Below, in pieces: positions 8,912 to 18,728 of a stretch of DNA of 64,000 bases. Position numbers and translations under genes: made by a program. The DNA is from Bacteroidota bacterium (GTDB taxonomy: Bacteria; Bacteroidota; Bacteroidia; J057; JAJTIE01): positions 2,120 through 66,119 of the forward strand of contig JAJTIE010000021.1 in NCBI GenBank assembly GCA_021300195.1, in the 5' to 3' direction. The notes beneath the pieces were generated by a model, which was not told the DNA's origin, did no database searches, and saw nothing but the letters and a program-made list of their open reading frames with translations. Within the stretch, counting starts at the first letter, position 1; every line of letters starts with the position of its first letter.

Positions 8912-10336
8912 CTAGTGTGCAAATCCACTGAGTACAATCGTGGTATCGAGCCAGAATGGGCGGGGGTTTCCGGGGTCGGGATGCTGCAGGTTAATAAACA
9001 GATGCTGATAGTCGGGCGTAAAACAGCTACCCGTGGTTTCTGCCCCCGGGGGTGCAACTAGCAGCCGGTTCAGGTCGTCTACCCGTGGGTTTTCCAGGCG
9101 CAGGTTCAGCACATACACCTCGTTGTAGTATTGGCCGCTGGCGTAGGCCGGCACCCGCCCGTTATCTGGCTCATTGATGTCTTCGTGGATGATGAGGAGG
9201 TGGCGCAGGGAGTCGTAGCACAGGTTGTCCGGGTTTGCCAGGTGGTTGGCACCCTGGGTGGCAGGCCCTCCCTCCAGGTAGGGCCGGATGTGGAGGCGGG
9301 TGGTATCGAATACCAGAATGCGGCCATAGAGGTCTCGAAAACGCCCCCCCTGCTGGTAGGGCTCCAGGTGCGCAGCCGGCCTTCCGCCCATGCGTATGGC
9401 TGCCTGCAGATCTACATCGGTCTTGCCGGTTTCGGTCAGCAAGATGCGCCCATCTGGCAGCAGCACCAGGTCTTCCAGCCGGAGAAAAAAACTGGCACCG
9501 AGGCTCAGGGCTGTGCGGCGTGCCTCCGCCAGTGCCTCATAGTCCGGCGGCAGGGGCAGCCAGCGCCCGCCCGCCCCCTGCTGCTGGTAGGCGTAGAGCC
9601 TGCCACTGCTTAGGTCGCGAGGCCTGTGGGCCACAAACTTGAACAAGATGCCGGGGGCGTAGTCGTCCAGCAGATACACCGTGCGCTCGTCTGCTAGCAG
9701 CAGGGCTCCCTCGTGGCTGAAACGGCCCATGGCCGTACGCTTGCCCAGCACTCGGCCAGTTCCAACCTCTACTTCCACCATCCACCCATACTGCTGGTAG
9801 GCCGGGTGGCCCTGGTACAGGCTGGTGTCGCATAGGCCCTGGCCCCCCAGGCATAGTTCGGCATTGCTGGCAGGCTCATACTCTTCGCTAGTAAGCACCG
9901 TACCCCATGGGGTGGCTGTGCCCAGGCAGTTGTTCCAGCTGCCGCGTACAGGCGAAAAATCCACTGCCCTCGGGGGTTCCGTTTGTACCCACTGCCGGCC
10001 CCTGTGCGCCAGGGTCAAAATACTTGCGCCGCCGCCATCGCCCAGCACGGGGTCGGGGCCGGTGCTTTCATGATTGATCCACAGATACCCCTGCTCGCTA
10101 CCGTTCAGGGGCAAATAGGCCATAAAATCGAGCTTACCCTTGCTGTGTGCTGGCCGCCCATTCAGCCATACCGTATCGCCAGCCTGGAACAGAACCTGTA
10201 GCTGTAGCTCGCTGGGATAAACAATACCCGAAGCAGAAAAACTTGTATCGACTGGCGTAAAGGGTAGCTGCGAACTCAAACGACTGAGTAGGCAACAAAA
10301 AAACAACAGAAGCCGCAGGTGCAAGGTCATAATCAT
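8912..10336 (-). CDS. PhoX-like / DUF839 secreted protein
   Basis: Signal peptide MIMTLHLRLLLFFCCLLS. The motif WNNCLGTATPWGTVLTSEEYEP resembles the PhoX/DUF839 core. Confidence 0.7.
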   Translation of the reverse strand: MIMTLHLRLLLFFCCLLSRLSSQLPFTPVDTSFSASGIVYPSELQLQVLFQAGDTVWLNGRPAHSKGKLDFMAYLPLNGSEQGYLWINHESTGPDPVLGDGGGASILTLAHRGRQWVQTEPPRAVDFSPVRGSWNNCLGTATPWGTVLTSEEYEPASNAELCLGGQGLCDTSLYQGHPAYQQYGWMVEVEVGTGRVLGKRTAMGRFSHEGALLLADERTVYLLDDYAPGILFKFVAHRPRDLSSGRLYAYQQQGAGGRWLPLPPDYEALAEARRTALSLGASFFLRLEDLVLLPDGRILLTETGKTDVDLQAAIRMGGRPAAHLEPYQQGGRFRDLYGRILVFDTTRLHIRPYLEGGPATQGANHLANPDNLCYDSLRHLLIIHEDINEPDNGRVPAYASGQYYNEVYVLNLRLENPRVDDLNRLLVAPPGAETTGSCFTPDYQHLFINLQHPDPGNPRPFWLDTTIVLSGFAH

Positions 10337-10454
10337 TCCCTGCCAAGGGTACCGCTGCCAGGCATGAGCAGACAGCCAAATATAAAGCGAAAAACCACAC
10401 AAAAGCGCGGCACTGCGGCCCGGGCACCCACAGCCCGCTCCAACCCCTGCGGCC

Positions 10455-11243
10455 CTACCACCGGGAGAGTGGCAGCAGGGCCAGTGCCCGGTCGTCCTGC
10501 ACGTACACCAGGTGGTGCTGCCAGACGAAGAAACTGTCGATGCCTATTTTTTCGCGCCCCTGGTATAGCGTAGCACGCTGTAGTTCGGCGCCGGCATGCA
10601 GCACCAGCAGCTCGGCCGTGTAGTGTGCGGGCTGTGTGCCTTGCTCCGCTTGCCCTGCACGCAGGGCACACCAGATCTCGTAGGGCCCCCAGCTCAGGTA
10701 CTCCAGCTGCAGGGCGGGCTCATAGTCCAGCCAGGGGCGCACACGGGCCACCAGCTGGGGCCACAGGGCATCGGTATACACGGCTGTGCCCGGAAAGTGC
10801 TGCTCCGGCAGCGGGTATGGGTTGGGGTCTGGCCGCCGTGGGCGGCCGGTGCCTGGGTGCAGGTGCACTGCCTGGCCCTGGCCATCGGCACACCACAGCC
10901 CAGTGGCACTCAGGCTGCGCAGCTGTAGCTCGGGCTGCTCCCACAGCTTTTTGCCCGTGCGGCAGGCATAGGCCGCCAGGTGCCGCTGGGTAGGGCTGCC
11001 CGGGTGGGCATAGCCATGTGTGTACAGGCAGCTGTGGCCTACGGCGCGCAGGCCGCGCCACCAGTCCTCAGTAGGCAGCAGCCGGGGCCTGCCCCGCAGG
11101 GGCAGCCAGGCATAGCCCACCTGGCGGGCTGCTACATCCCGCAGCTCTACCCCCAGGCCCCGCCTGCCCGCCCGCACCTGCCAGATGCGCCCCGGGAGGG
11201 GGTACAGCCGGGGCAGCAGGGGGGCAGCAGGGGCCAGTAGCAT
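10455..11243 (-). CDS. hypothetical protein
   Basis: Start trimmed to the ATG at 11243 because the longer ORF runs into the divergent flavin-reductase gene. Trp/Tyr-rich, no recognised motif. Confidence 0.45.
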   Translation of the reverse strand: MLLAPAAPLLPRLYPLPGRIWQVRAGRRGLGVELRDVAARQVGYAWLPLRGRPRLLPTEDWWRGLRAVGHSCLYTHGYAHPGSPTQRHLAAYACRTGKKLWEQPELQLRSLSATGLWCADGQGQAVHLHPGTGRPRRPDPNPYPLPEQHFPGTAVYTDALWPQLVARVRPWLDYEPALQLEYLSWGPYEIWCALRAGQAEQGTQPAHYTAELLVLHAGAELQRATLYQGREKIGIDSFFVWQHHLVYVQDDRALALLPLSRW

Positions 11244-11279
11244 GATGCAAAGATGCAGAGAGATCCCTAACTTGCAGGC

Positions 11280-12152
11280 ATGAACTTTCGCTCTATTAAC
11301 CCGACCGAAACACCCCTGCGCGAGCGTTATGCCTATCTGACTGGTGTAATTGGCCCCCGGCCCATTGCCCTGGCCAGCACCCTGGACCGAGCCGGTAACC
11401 CGAACCTGGCACCCTTCAGCTACTTCAACCTGTTCAGCGCCCAGCCCCCCATCGTCATCTTCAGCCCAAACCGAAGCGGACGGACCAACGAGCTGAAGGA
11501 CACAGCTCGCAATGTGATAGAAACCGGCGAAGTAGTAATCAACCTGGTAAGCCACGCCATTGTGGAGCAGCAGAACCTAGCCAGCTGTGAGTATCCCCGT
11601 GGGGTAAATGAGTTTGAGAAAGCGGGGCTTACACCCCTGGCCAGCACGGTGGTAAAGCCCGCACGGGTGGCCGAAAGCCCCGCCCAGCTGGAGTGCACCG
11701 TGCGCGAGGTAATGATGCTAGGCACCACCGGCGGCAGCGGCGTGCTGGTGATATGCGAGGTAAAGATGATCCACCTGATGGAGGCCGCCCTGGACCCCGC
11801 CAGCGGAGCCATAGACCCCCACCAGCTAGACCTGGTAGCCCGCATGGGCGGAAACTGGTACTGCCGCGCCCAGGGCGACGCCCTGTTTGAGGTAGAAAAG
11901 GCGGTAGACAAGACCGACCTGATCGGCATAGATGCCCTGCCAGCCCACATCCGCAATAGCGAGATACTGAGTGGGAACGACCTGGGCAAGCTGGCCAACC
12001 GCAGAGACATACCCACCCCACACGCCCCGGGAGCCAGCCTGACCGAAGGCCTGAATGGCCGCGCAAGCTACCACCGGCGTGCACAGGCCCTGCTAGCCGA
12101 TGGCCAGGTAGAGGCTGCCTGGCAGCTACTCCTCTCGCCCAATGCCCAGTAG
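11280..12152 (+). CDS. flavin reductase-like (FMN-binding split barrel) protein
   Basis: 290 aa. LTGVIGPRPIALASTLD...NLAPFSYFN is typical of the flavin reductase-like domain. Confidence 0.8.
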   Translation: MNFRSINPTETPLRERYAYLTGVIGPRPIALASTLDRAGNPNLAPFSYFNLFSAQPPIVIFSPNRSGRTNELKDTARNVIETGEVVINLVSHAIVEQQNLASCEYPRGVNEFEKAGLTPLASTVVKPARVAESPAQLECTVREVMMLGTTGGSGVLVICEVKMIHLMEAALDPASGAIDPHQLDLVARMGGNWYCRAQGDALFEVEKAVDKTDLIGIDALPAHIRNSEILSGNDLGKLANRRDIPTPHAPGASLTEGLNGRASYHRRAQALLADGQVEAAWQLLLSPNAQ

Positions 12153-12683
12153 AATGCGGTTCAGCGTAGCGGTTACGCCCCGCACGTGGTTGTCTATCAG
12201 CGCATAGCTGCGGTCCAGCACGCGCAGATATTCAAGCGTCAGCTGGTCTCGCGGGTAGTAGTACAGGTCCTCCAGCCGCCGCCGGTCCAGGTAGAAGTCG
12301 TACACCTGATAGTTATATCCGTCGGGCGTAAAGGCTATGCGGATGTTGTACTCGATCCGCACACGTACCTCGTAGATGAGGGGCTGTAGCCGTCCGCGTG
12401 CCAGGATAACCGTGGCATCGGTATGTACCGTATCGAAGGACAAAATATCGCTCAGCTGGGGGTGCCTGCCTATAAAGCGGGCTGCCTCCAGGAAGTAGGC
12501 TACGCGGTGATGATCCGGGTTATAGATCTCGCGCTGATACAGAAAGCGGCCCAGGCTGGTATCCAGCGGCATAGGCACCACGGGCCGCGTGCCATGCGTG
12601 GGCTGGGCGCACAGGCTACCGCCACCGGCCAGCAGCAGCAAGCCGCACACCAGCAGGCACGCACAGGCCTGGCAGCCCTGCAT
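12126..12683 (-). CDS. hypothetical secreted protein
   Basis: Signal peptide MQGCQACACLLVCGLLLLAGGGSLCAQ from the ATG at 12683. Its 3' end overlaps the convergent flavin-reductase gene by 27 nt. Confidence 0.5.
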   Translation of the reverse strand: MQGCQACACLLVCGLLLLAGGGSLCAQPTHGTRPVVPMPLDTSLGRFLYQREIYNPDHHRVAYFLEAARFIGRHPQLSDILSFDTVHTDATVILARGRLQPLIYEVRVRIEYNIRIAFTPDGYNYQVYDFYLDRRRLEDLYYYPRDQLTLEYLRVLDRSYALIDNHVRGVTATLNRILLGIGREE

Positions 12684-12837
12684 CCTGGCACCTGGCCTGC
12701 CAGCTGTGCTATTGGCCGCTGTACGGGCTGTGGCATGCCGCCCCATGGGCTTAAACTACGCGAAAATTGGCCGATGGATAGCACCTATCGGCAAAAAAAA
12801 TCCTGGCACGATGCCCCCCACCCGATTACCTTTGTGC

Positions 12838-13500
12838 ATGGCTACTGTTACAAACCTGGACCTCCAGCCGGGCATGCTACACAGCTGGATGGCCGAGCTG
12901 CGCAGCACCGCCATCCAGCAAGACCGCCAGCGATTTCGGCACAACCTGCAGCGTATTGGCTTCCTGCTGGCCTACGAAATCAGCCGCACACTCGCCTATA
13001 CGCCCAGTGAGGTAACCACCCCGCTGGGCAGCCTGCAGCTGCCACAGCTGCCTGCCCAGCCCGTACTGGTGAGCATCCTGCGGGCAGCCCTACCCATGCA
13101 AGAGGGCTTTCTGCAGGTGTACGACCAGGCCGACTGTGGCTTTGTGGCCGCCTATCGGAATCCGCTGGGCGAAGAAGCCTTTGAGATAAGCGTGGACTAC
13201 AGCAGCTGCCCGAACCTGGCAGGCCGCTGCCTGATGCTGCTAGACCCCATGATAGCCACCGGACGCAGCATGGTGGCCTGCTACCGGCAGCTGGGCCAGT
13301 ATGGGCAGCCCGCCCAGCTGTATGTGGCGGGGCTGATAGCCAGCAGCGAGGGGCTACACCTGCTACAGCGCCAGCTGCCGCCGCACACACACATCTACGT
13401 AGCGGCAATAGATGACGAACTGACAGCCAAAAGCTACATTGTGCCCGGCCTGGGTGATGCGGGCGACCTGGCTTTTGGCAGCAAGGAAATCCATAGCTAG
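12838..13500 (+). CDS. upp: uracil phosphoribosyltransferase
   Basis: Start at the ATG at 12838. Has the PRPP-binding loop LMLLDPMIATGRS and C-terminal YIVPGLGDAGDLAFG. Confidence 0.9.
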   Translation: MATVTNLDLQPGMLHSWMAELRSTAIQQDRQRFRHNLQRIGFLLAYEISRTLAYTPSEVTTPLGSLQLPQLPAQPVLVSILRAALPMQEGFLQVYDQADCGFVAAYRNPLGEEAFEISVDYSSCPNLAGRCLMLLDPMIATGRSMVACYRQLGQYGQPAQLYVAGLIASSEGLHLLQRQLPPHTHIYVAAIDDELTAKSYIVPGLGDAGDLAFGSKEIHS

Positions 13501-13506
13501 GAGCCG

Positions 13507-13968
13507 GTGCAGTTTCTTCTCTACCTCTCGGTACTGCTCCTGTCGGGCTTTAAGTTTCTGCCGGCAGTGGCACTCAGCCTGGCCTATGGCTTGGGCACAA
13601 CCGAGCAAATGGTGCTTACGGGCCTGGGGGGCACGCTGGGGGTGGTGGTGTCCACCTATGGTGGCGACTGGATCCGCCGGTACTGGGCCCACCTGCACCA
13701 CCGGCGCGGCCGCAGCCAGGCGGGCGTGCAGGGCCAGCCACAGCCCCGCAGGCGGGGGCAATACATCTGGCAGCGCTTTGGCCTGTGGGGTGTTAGCATA
13801 CTGGTGCCCTTTCTTATGCCCCTGGTAGCCACCGGCATTGCCCTGGCCTTTGGCACCCCCAAGCGCAAAATCCTGCGCTATATGGTGCCCAGCATCCTCC
13901 TCTGGGCGGTGGCCTTTGCCCTGCTGGGCAGCCTGGTGCGCCCCCTGCTGGCTTATATCGGACTATAA
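13507..13968 (+). CDS. small membrane protein (small multidrug-export-like)
   Basis: GTG start, 153 aa, four hydrophobic segments with a basic loop (HHRRGRSQ). Confidence 0.5.
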   Translation: MQFLLYLSVLLLSGFKFLPAVALSLAYGLGTTEQMVLTGLGGTLGVVVSTYGGDWIRRYWAHLHHRRGRSQAGVQGQPQPRRRGQYIWQRFGLWGVSILVPFLMPLVATGIALAFGTPKRKILRYMVPSILLWAVAFALLGSLVRPLLAYIGL

Positions 13969-14045
13969 GCCAGATAAAATGTGGAGTTGTGCAGCTATTC
14001 CAGAAATTCGTTTACTTTTGCAGAAAGCATAATTTCCATTTTACA

Positions 14046-15485
14046 ATGAAGTACCTATTGGTATGCCTTAGCCTGCTCCTGGGTGCCGCACAGGCCCAAC
14101 TGGTGGATGTAACCCAGCTGACCGCGGATAAAACAACGCGTATGTTCAGCGATGGCAAGAACACCGTAACCGGCTATGTAAACGCAGTAATAGAAGCACA
14201 GACAAACTGCTGCGGCAGAGATGACATTTTCCTCTCCTTCAAAACAGACGCACGGGGGTATGTAACAGATGTGCGCGTGCTGGCGGGCAAGAATGATTGC
14301 ATCAAGCAATCGGTGGCCGACATTGTGCGCTACATACGCTGGACCCCCACGAATGACGAGGGCAAGCAAACCTTTATGCCCGTAAAAATCCGTGTACTGG
14401 AAGACTGCCCCGATAACAGGAAGAATGTATACGCCGCCATCAACCCACCTGCCGGATGGCAAGGGCCGGCTACCCTGGCCACGGCGGAAAGCCCGGCCAG
14501 CAACACGGCCACTACAACCGCTGCTACTACTACAGCCACCACCGGCACCGGCACCACCACTACGCCTGCTGCCACTACGGCTACGGGCAACACGGGCACT
14601 GTAGCAACTGCTACTACAGCCACCACCAGTACCAACACTACGGCTGCCAACACGGCCGCGAACAACACGGGCACTGTAGCAACTGCTACTACAGCCACCA
14701 CCAGTACCACCGCTACTACTACTCCTAAAGCCACCACCGGTGCCACCACTACAACTGCTGCCACTACGGGCACTACTGCCACTACCACCCCTGTAGCGAC
14801 GACCGGTGCCACAAAAACGGGCGCTACCACAACGGCCGCAAGCAACACGGGCACTACTGCCACTACTACTCCCAAGGCCGCCACCGGTGCCGCCACTACA
14901 GCTGCTGCCACCACGGGCACTACTACAGCCACTACCAACGAAATAGCCAAACTACCCGCAGGCGAAACGGATCAGCAGGGGAATTTCCGCGTGCCTACCG
15001 TTAGCCTCCCACCCCAGACGTATGACCGGACAGTGGGCAACCTGGAGCCCAATGAGAGCCACATCCGCACCGTGGCCAACTCGTCCGGGCCCAGCATACC
15101 CCGCCCCAGCTACCGCGGCGGCGAACCCGCCATGGGTGTGTACCTCCGCCAGGCCCTGCGCAAAGAGGGCGTGTGTGAGCTGGCACATGTGCTAGCCGAG
15201 CTGACCATCTCGCCCGACGGCAAGGTGGTGGACTACCGAGTGTTTGCCGCCAACAACGAAAAGGTGTACAACACCCTGCCCGGCATATTCCGGGGCATGG
15301 AGTTTAGCCCCACGGGCATATCGGTAGCCCAGTACTACTACCTGGAGTTCAAAACTGAGATGGTGTGCAGCGGCACAGAACGTACGGATCTGCGCAACGT
15401 GAAACCCTACCTGAACACCCCGGAAACCGCACAAAATGTGAACTTCATCAACACGGGCAGTGCCACAGCCCCCGCAGATGAGTAA
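14046..15485 (+). CDS. secreted protein with two TonB_C-like domains joined by a Thr/Ala-rich repeat linker
   Basis: Signal peptide MKYLLVCLSLLLGAAQAQ from the ATG at 14046. About 140 aa of T/A/G/N low complexity. The C-terminal PSYRGGEPAMGVYLRQAL...DGKVVDYRV resembles TonB C-terminal domains. Confidence 0.6.
   Translation: MKYLLVCLSLLLGAAQAQLVDVTQLTADKTTRMFSDGKNTVTGYVNAVIEAQTNCCGRDDIFLSFKTDARGYVTDVRVLAGKNDCIKQSVADIVRYIRWTPTNDEGKQTFMPVKIRVLEDCPDNRKNVYAAINPPAGWQGPATLATAESPASNTATTTAATTTATTGTGTTTTPAATTATGNTGTVATATTATTSTNTTAANTAANNTGTVATATTATTSTTATTTPKATTGATTTTAATTGTTATTTPVATTGATKTGATTTAASNTGTTATTTPKAATGAATTAAATTGTTTATTNEIAKLPAGETDQQGNFRVPTVSLPPQTYDRTVGNLEPNESHIRTVANSSGPSIPRPSYRGGEPAMGVYLRQALRKEGVCELAHVLAELTISPDGKVVDYRVFAANNEKVYNTLPGIFRGMEFSPTGISVAQYYYLEFKTEMVCSGTERTDLRNVKPYLNTPETAQNVNFINTGSATAPADE
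14589..14709 (+). repeat. intragenic tandem duplication (46-nt perfect copies, 75-nt period)
   Basis: aacacgggcactgtagcaactgctactacagccaccaccagtacca occurs at 14589-14634 and again at 14664-14709. Confidence 0.85.
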
Positions 15486-15510
15486 AGATTGATGGATGAT
15501 GTGACCAGAA

Positions 15511-15538
15511 AAGCGGAGCTAAACCCTCCGCTTTTTTT
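15511..15538 (+). terminator. rho-independent terminator
   Basis: Stem aagcggag/ctccgctt (8 bp), 7-nt loop, then a T-run. Confidence 0.6.
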
Positions 15539-15549
15539 AATTTTACGGC

Positions 15550-16584
15550 ATGTCGCTACAGGTATCGGAAAATATGGACGCACTGTATGTACGCCTGGCA
15601 CACCCGGCGCACATCCTGATTACCACCCACCAGAAGCCCGATGGCGATGCCATGGGCAGCGGCCTGGCCCTGTACCACTACCTGCGGAACTTGGGGCAGC
15701 GGCCCGTATTCCTAAGCCCCACGCCCTATGCCGACTACTTCCAGTGGATGCCGGGGGCCGAACACACAGCCGTGTTTACCGATAACGAAACCCACTACCT
15801 GGACCAGATTGCCAAAGCGGATGTGATCTTCTGCGTCGACTTTGGCGAACTGCACCGCGCCACCAGCACCGTGGGCAGGGCTATCCATGAGAGCGCGGCG
15901 ATCAAGGTGAACATAGACCACCACATCCTGAAAATGGGGCGCACCTTTGCCGAGTATAACTACCGCGACGTATCGGCTAGCTCCACCTGCGAGCTCATTT
16001 ATGACTTCATCCAGCTGCATACCGGTAGCCGGCACCTGGATACCAACATTGCCACCTGCCTCTACACGGGCATACTAACCGATACGGGCTCTTTTCGCTA
16101 CGAATGTACGACGCCCAAGGTGCACGATACGGTGGCCGACCTGCTGCGGTATCAGGTGGACATTGGGCAGGTAAACTTCCATCTGTTCAACAACTTCAGC
16201 GAGCACCGCACCCGCTTTATCGGCTATGCGCTATACCAGTGCCTACAGGTGCTGCCCGAGTATCGCACGGCCTATTTCCGCATCAGCCTGGAGGATCAGG
16301 AACGCTTCGGCCTGAAAGAGGGCGACACCGAGGGCCTGGTAAACTATGCGCTCAGCATACAGGGTATCAACTTTGGCGTACTGCTGAAGGAAACACCCGA
16401 GATGGTAAAGATGAGCTTCCGAAGCCTGGGTACATTCCCCACAAACGAGTTTGCCGCAAACTTTATGGGGGGGGGCCACCACAATGCCAGCGGGGGCAAG
16501 AGTGAGCTATCTCTGGCGGAAACGGAGCAAAATTTCCTACAGTTACTTCCACAGTTTCAATCCCAACTAGATTATGTACCCTAA
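15550..16584 (+). CDS. nrnA: DHH-family oligoribonuclease / pAp phosphatase
   Basis: 344 aa with HQKPDGDAMGS, NIDHH and GGGHHNASGG (DHH/DHHA1 motifs). Confidence 0.85.
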   Translation: MSLQVSENMDALYVRLAHPAHILITTHQKPDGDAMGSGLALYHYLRNLGQRPVFLSPTPYADYFQWMPGAEHTAVFTDNETHYLDQIAKADVIFCVDFGELHRATSTVGRAIHESAAIKVNIDHHILKMGRTFAEYNYRDVSASSTCELIYDFIQLHTGSRHLDTNIATCLYTGILTDTGSFRYECTTPKVHDTVADLLRYQVDIGQVNFHLFNNFSEHRTRFIGYALYQCLQVLPEYRTAYFRISLEDQERFGLKEGDTEGLVNYALSIQGINFGVLLKETPEMVKMSFRSLGTFPTNEFAANFMGGGHHNASGGKSELSLAETEQNFLQLLPQFQSQLDYVP

Positions 16585-17086
16585 GTTTTTACTATTGGCC
16601 CTGGTGCTCGTATGTGCACTGGGCTGCAAGCCCGACACCCAATCTGCCGATGCGGAGACCGTGGCCCTACCCGGACCGGATGCAAAATCCCAGGCCGGAG
16701 ATAGCACAGGCCGCCCGCCCTACGCAATAGCGGACAGTAGCCAGATCGTAACCACGGCCAGCGGCCTGCAGTACTATGTGGTGAGCAAGGGGGCCGGCAA
16801 TATACCCAAGCCCGGATACAGCATCCTGGCGCACTACCACGGCATGCTGGCCGATGGCAGTGTGTTTGACAGCAGCTTTGACCGAGGGCAGCCCTTCAAC
16901 TTTACCCTGGGCCAGGGCCAGGTAATAAAGGGCTGGGACGAGGCATTTGGCCTACTGCCTGTGGGCACCCGGGCCATCCTGATTATACCCGCTGGCCTGG
17001 CCTACGGCGACCAGGACCGGCCCAACATCCCGGGCGGCTCTACCCTTTACTTCCACGTACAGCTGCTGGCAGCCAATCCTTCCTAG
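16574..17086 (+). CDS. FKBP-type peptidyl-prolyl cis-trans isomerase (lipoprotein)
   Basis: Lipobox LVCALGC, then YHGMLADGSVFDSSFDRGQPFNFTLGQGQVIKGWDE, which is the FKBP core. Confidence 0.9.
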   Translation: MYPKFLLLALVLVCALGCKPDTQSADAETVALPGPDAKSQAGDSTGRPPYAIADSSQIVTTASGLQYYVVSKGAGNIPKPGYSILAHYHGMLADGSVFDSSFDRGQPFNFTLGQGQVIKGWDEAFGLLPVGTRAILIIPAGLAYGDQDRPNIPGGSTLYFHVQLLAANPS

Positions 17087-17110
17087 GGCCTGGCTAAATC
17101 TCACCCACAA

Positions 17111-17135
17111 AAAAGGGGCTGATCGGCCCCTTTTT
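17111..17135 (+). terminator. rho-independent terminator (FKBP gene)
   Basis: A-run, then stem ggggc...gcccc, then T5. Confidence 0.6.
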
Positions 17136-17146
17136 AAGTAAAAATG

Positions 17147-17166
17147 AAGGGGCCAAGCGGCCCCTT
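17147..17166 (-). terminator. hairpin, probable terminator of the convergent E2 gene
   Basis: Stem aaggggcc/ggcccctt (8 bp) with loop aagc. Flanks are T-rich on both strands. Confidence 0.45.
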
Positions 17167-17243
17167 ATTTATTTGCAGGAGAAGGTGGACAAACCAGCTG
17201 TACGGCATGCCGGACGCGTACTGGCCAAGTGGCCTACACCCTG

Positions 17244-18503
17244 CTACAGCAGCATCCGCACCGGGTTTTCCAGCAGAAACTTCAGGGTCTGCAAGAATTC
17301 GCTGCCCGTAGCCCCATCCACCGCACGGTGGTCGCAGCTCAGCGTTACCCGCATCTGCTTTCCGGGTACCACCAGGCCATTCTTCACTACCGGCACCTCC
17401 TGTATGGCCCCCACGGCCAGGATGCAGGCATCGGGGGGATTGATAATGGCGGTAAACTCTTCGATGCCATACATACCCAGGTTGCTGATGGTGAAGGTAT
17501 TGCCCTGAAACTCATCGGGCTGCAGCTGCTTGTTTCGTGCCCTGTCGGCCAGCAGTTTCACCTCACTGTTTATGTCGCCCAGGCCCTTTCGGTCTGTATG
17601 CCGGATAACGGGTACAATCAGCCCCTCTTCCACAGCCACGGCCACGCCAATGTGAATGTCGTGGTTATAGCGTATGCGGTCGCCTAGCCAGCTGCTGTTC
17701 ACCTTTGGGTGCTTGCGCAGGGCCGTAGCACAGGCCTTCACCACCAGGTCGTTGAAGCTGATCTTGGTGTCCTCCTGCTTCAGCTGCTCGCGGAAGGCGG
17801 CAGCCCGCTCCATGTCAATCGGCATAGTGAGGTAGAAGTGCGGGGCACTGAACTTGCTCTCACTCAGGCGGCGGGCAATGGTTTTGCGCATCTGGCTGAG
17901 TGCCACGTCCTCGTACTGTGCATCTGGTGCGGGCACCAGGTGGGTGGGGGTGGCGGCGTGCCCAGCGGCGGGGGTGCCCCCTGCCTGCATGGCTGCTTCC
18001 ACGTCTTTCTTCACGATGCGTCCGCCATCGCCACTGCCCTGCAGCCGTGCCAGGTCCAGGCCTGTTTCTTTGGCCATTGCCTTGGCCAGGGGGCTAGCCT
18101 TCAGGCGGCTGTCGGCCCCATCAACCTTAGCGGGGGGGGTAGCCACAGCGGTAGCTGAAGCCACAGCGGGGGTGGCGGCGGCAGCCGGGCTGCTGGCCGG
18201 TTCGGTAGGCTTTCCGCCCTTCGTCCGGGCGTTGTATTCGGCTAGAATGCCGCTTACGTCTTCGTCCTTCTTGCCGATGATGATCATCAGCTTGCCTACC
18301 GGTATGCCCTCGCCCACCTTGGCCCCTATGTGTAGCACCGTGCCGTCGTAGTAGCTTTCTACCTCCATGGTGGCCTTATCTGTCTCCACCTCGGCCAGCA
18401 GGTCGCCACTGGCTACGGTATCGCCCTCCTTCACGTGCCAGGCTGCTATTACTCCTTCCTCCATGGTGTCGCTCAGCAGGGGCATTTCGATGATATCTGC
18501 CAT
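17244..18503 (-). CDS. 2-oxoacid (pyruvate) dehydrogenase complex E2 dihydrolipoamide acyltransferase
   Basis: Start at the ATG at 18503. Lipoyl domain EVETDKATMEV, Ala/Pro linker, E3-binding region, and catalytic SCDHRAVDGA. Confidence 0.9.
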   Translation of the reverse strand: MADIIEMPLLSDTMEEGVIAAWHVKEGDTVASGDLLAEVETDKATMEVESYYDGTVLHIGAKVGEGIPVGKLMIIIGKKDEDVSGILAEYNARTKGGKPTEPASSPAAAATPAVASATAVATPPAKVDGADSRLKASPLAKAMAKETGLDLARLQGSGDGGRIVKKDVEAAMQAGGTPAAGHAATPTHLVPAPDAQYEDVALSQMRKTIARRLSESKFSAPHFYLTMPIDMERAAAFREQLKQEDTKISFNDLVVKACATALRKHPKVNSSWLGDRIRYNHDIHIGVAVAVEEGLIVPVIRHTDRKGLGDINSEVKLLADRARNKQLQPDEFQGNTFTISNLGMYGIEEFTAIINPPDACILAVGAIQEVPVVKNGLVVPGKQMRVTLSCDHRAVDGATGSEFLQTLKFLLENPVRMLL

Positions 18504-18676
18504 AATTTTTCGGTTATCCTTTTTCAGGGTGTATTTGTACCGCATAATTACAAAAAGCCCCGCATACGGCCTATACCTTGGCCTGCTTTACCCAAATGTT
18601 TTGGGTGCGGCGGCCAGGCACACTCGGCCTGTACAAGAATGAAGCGGCTGCTGATCCCGAAAAGCAGCGCCCGGGC

Positions 18677-18707
18677 TTTGCCTTTCCTCAAAATCTGCGT
18701 AAACTTG
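18677..18707 (+). promoter_or_regulatory. candidate promoter of sucC (TTTG-N19-TAAACTTG)
   Basis: -33-like TTTG at 18677-18680 and an imperfect -7 box TAAACTTG at 18700-18707, 22 nt before the ATG. Confidence 0.25.
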
Positions 18708-18728
18708 CTCTCCTTATTATCCACATCC

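Noticed and set aside
14520-14940. Could the repetitive region be a CRISPR array or a minisatellite outside genes?
   Set aside because: The repeats are in-frame within a continuous 479-codon ORF. They have no unique spacers of CRISPR size and no cas genes nearby.
14330-14950. A 206-aa Val/Ala-rich ORF lies antisense to the Thr/Ala linker.
   Set aside because: It is the mirror image of the ACN/GCN-rich repeat on the sense strand (ACC/GCC read backwards gives GGT/GGC and GTN). It has no start context or independent signal.
16467-16475. G8-G9 runs inside nrnA (16467-16475), the patatin gene (47031-47038) and the E2 gene (18132-18139) could be phase-variation tracts.
   Set aside because: They encode conserved Gly/Pro residues (for example the DHHA1 GGGH motif) in housekeeping genes. 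Their presence shows that such runs are compositional in this genome, which also tempers the G10 and G9 intergenic findings.
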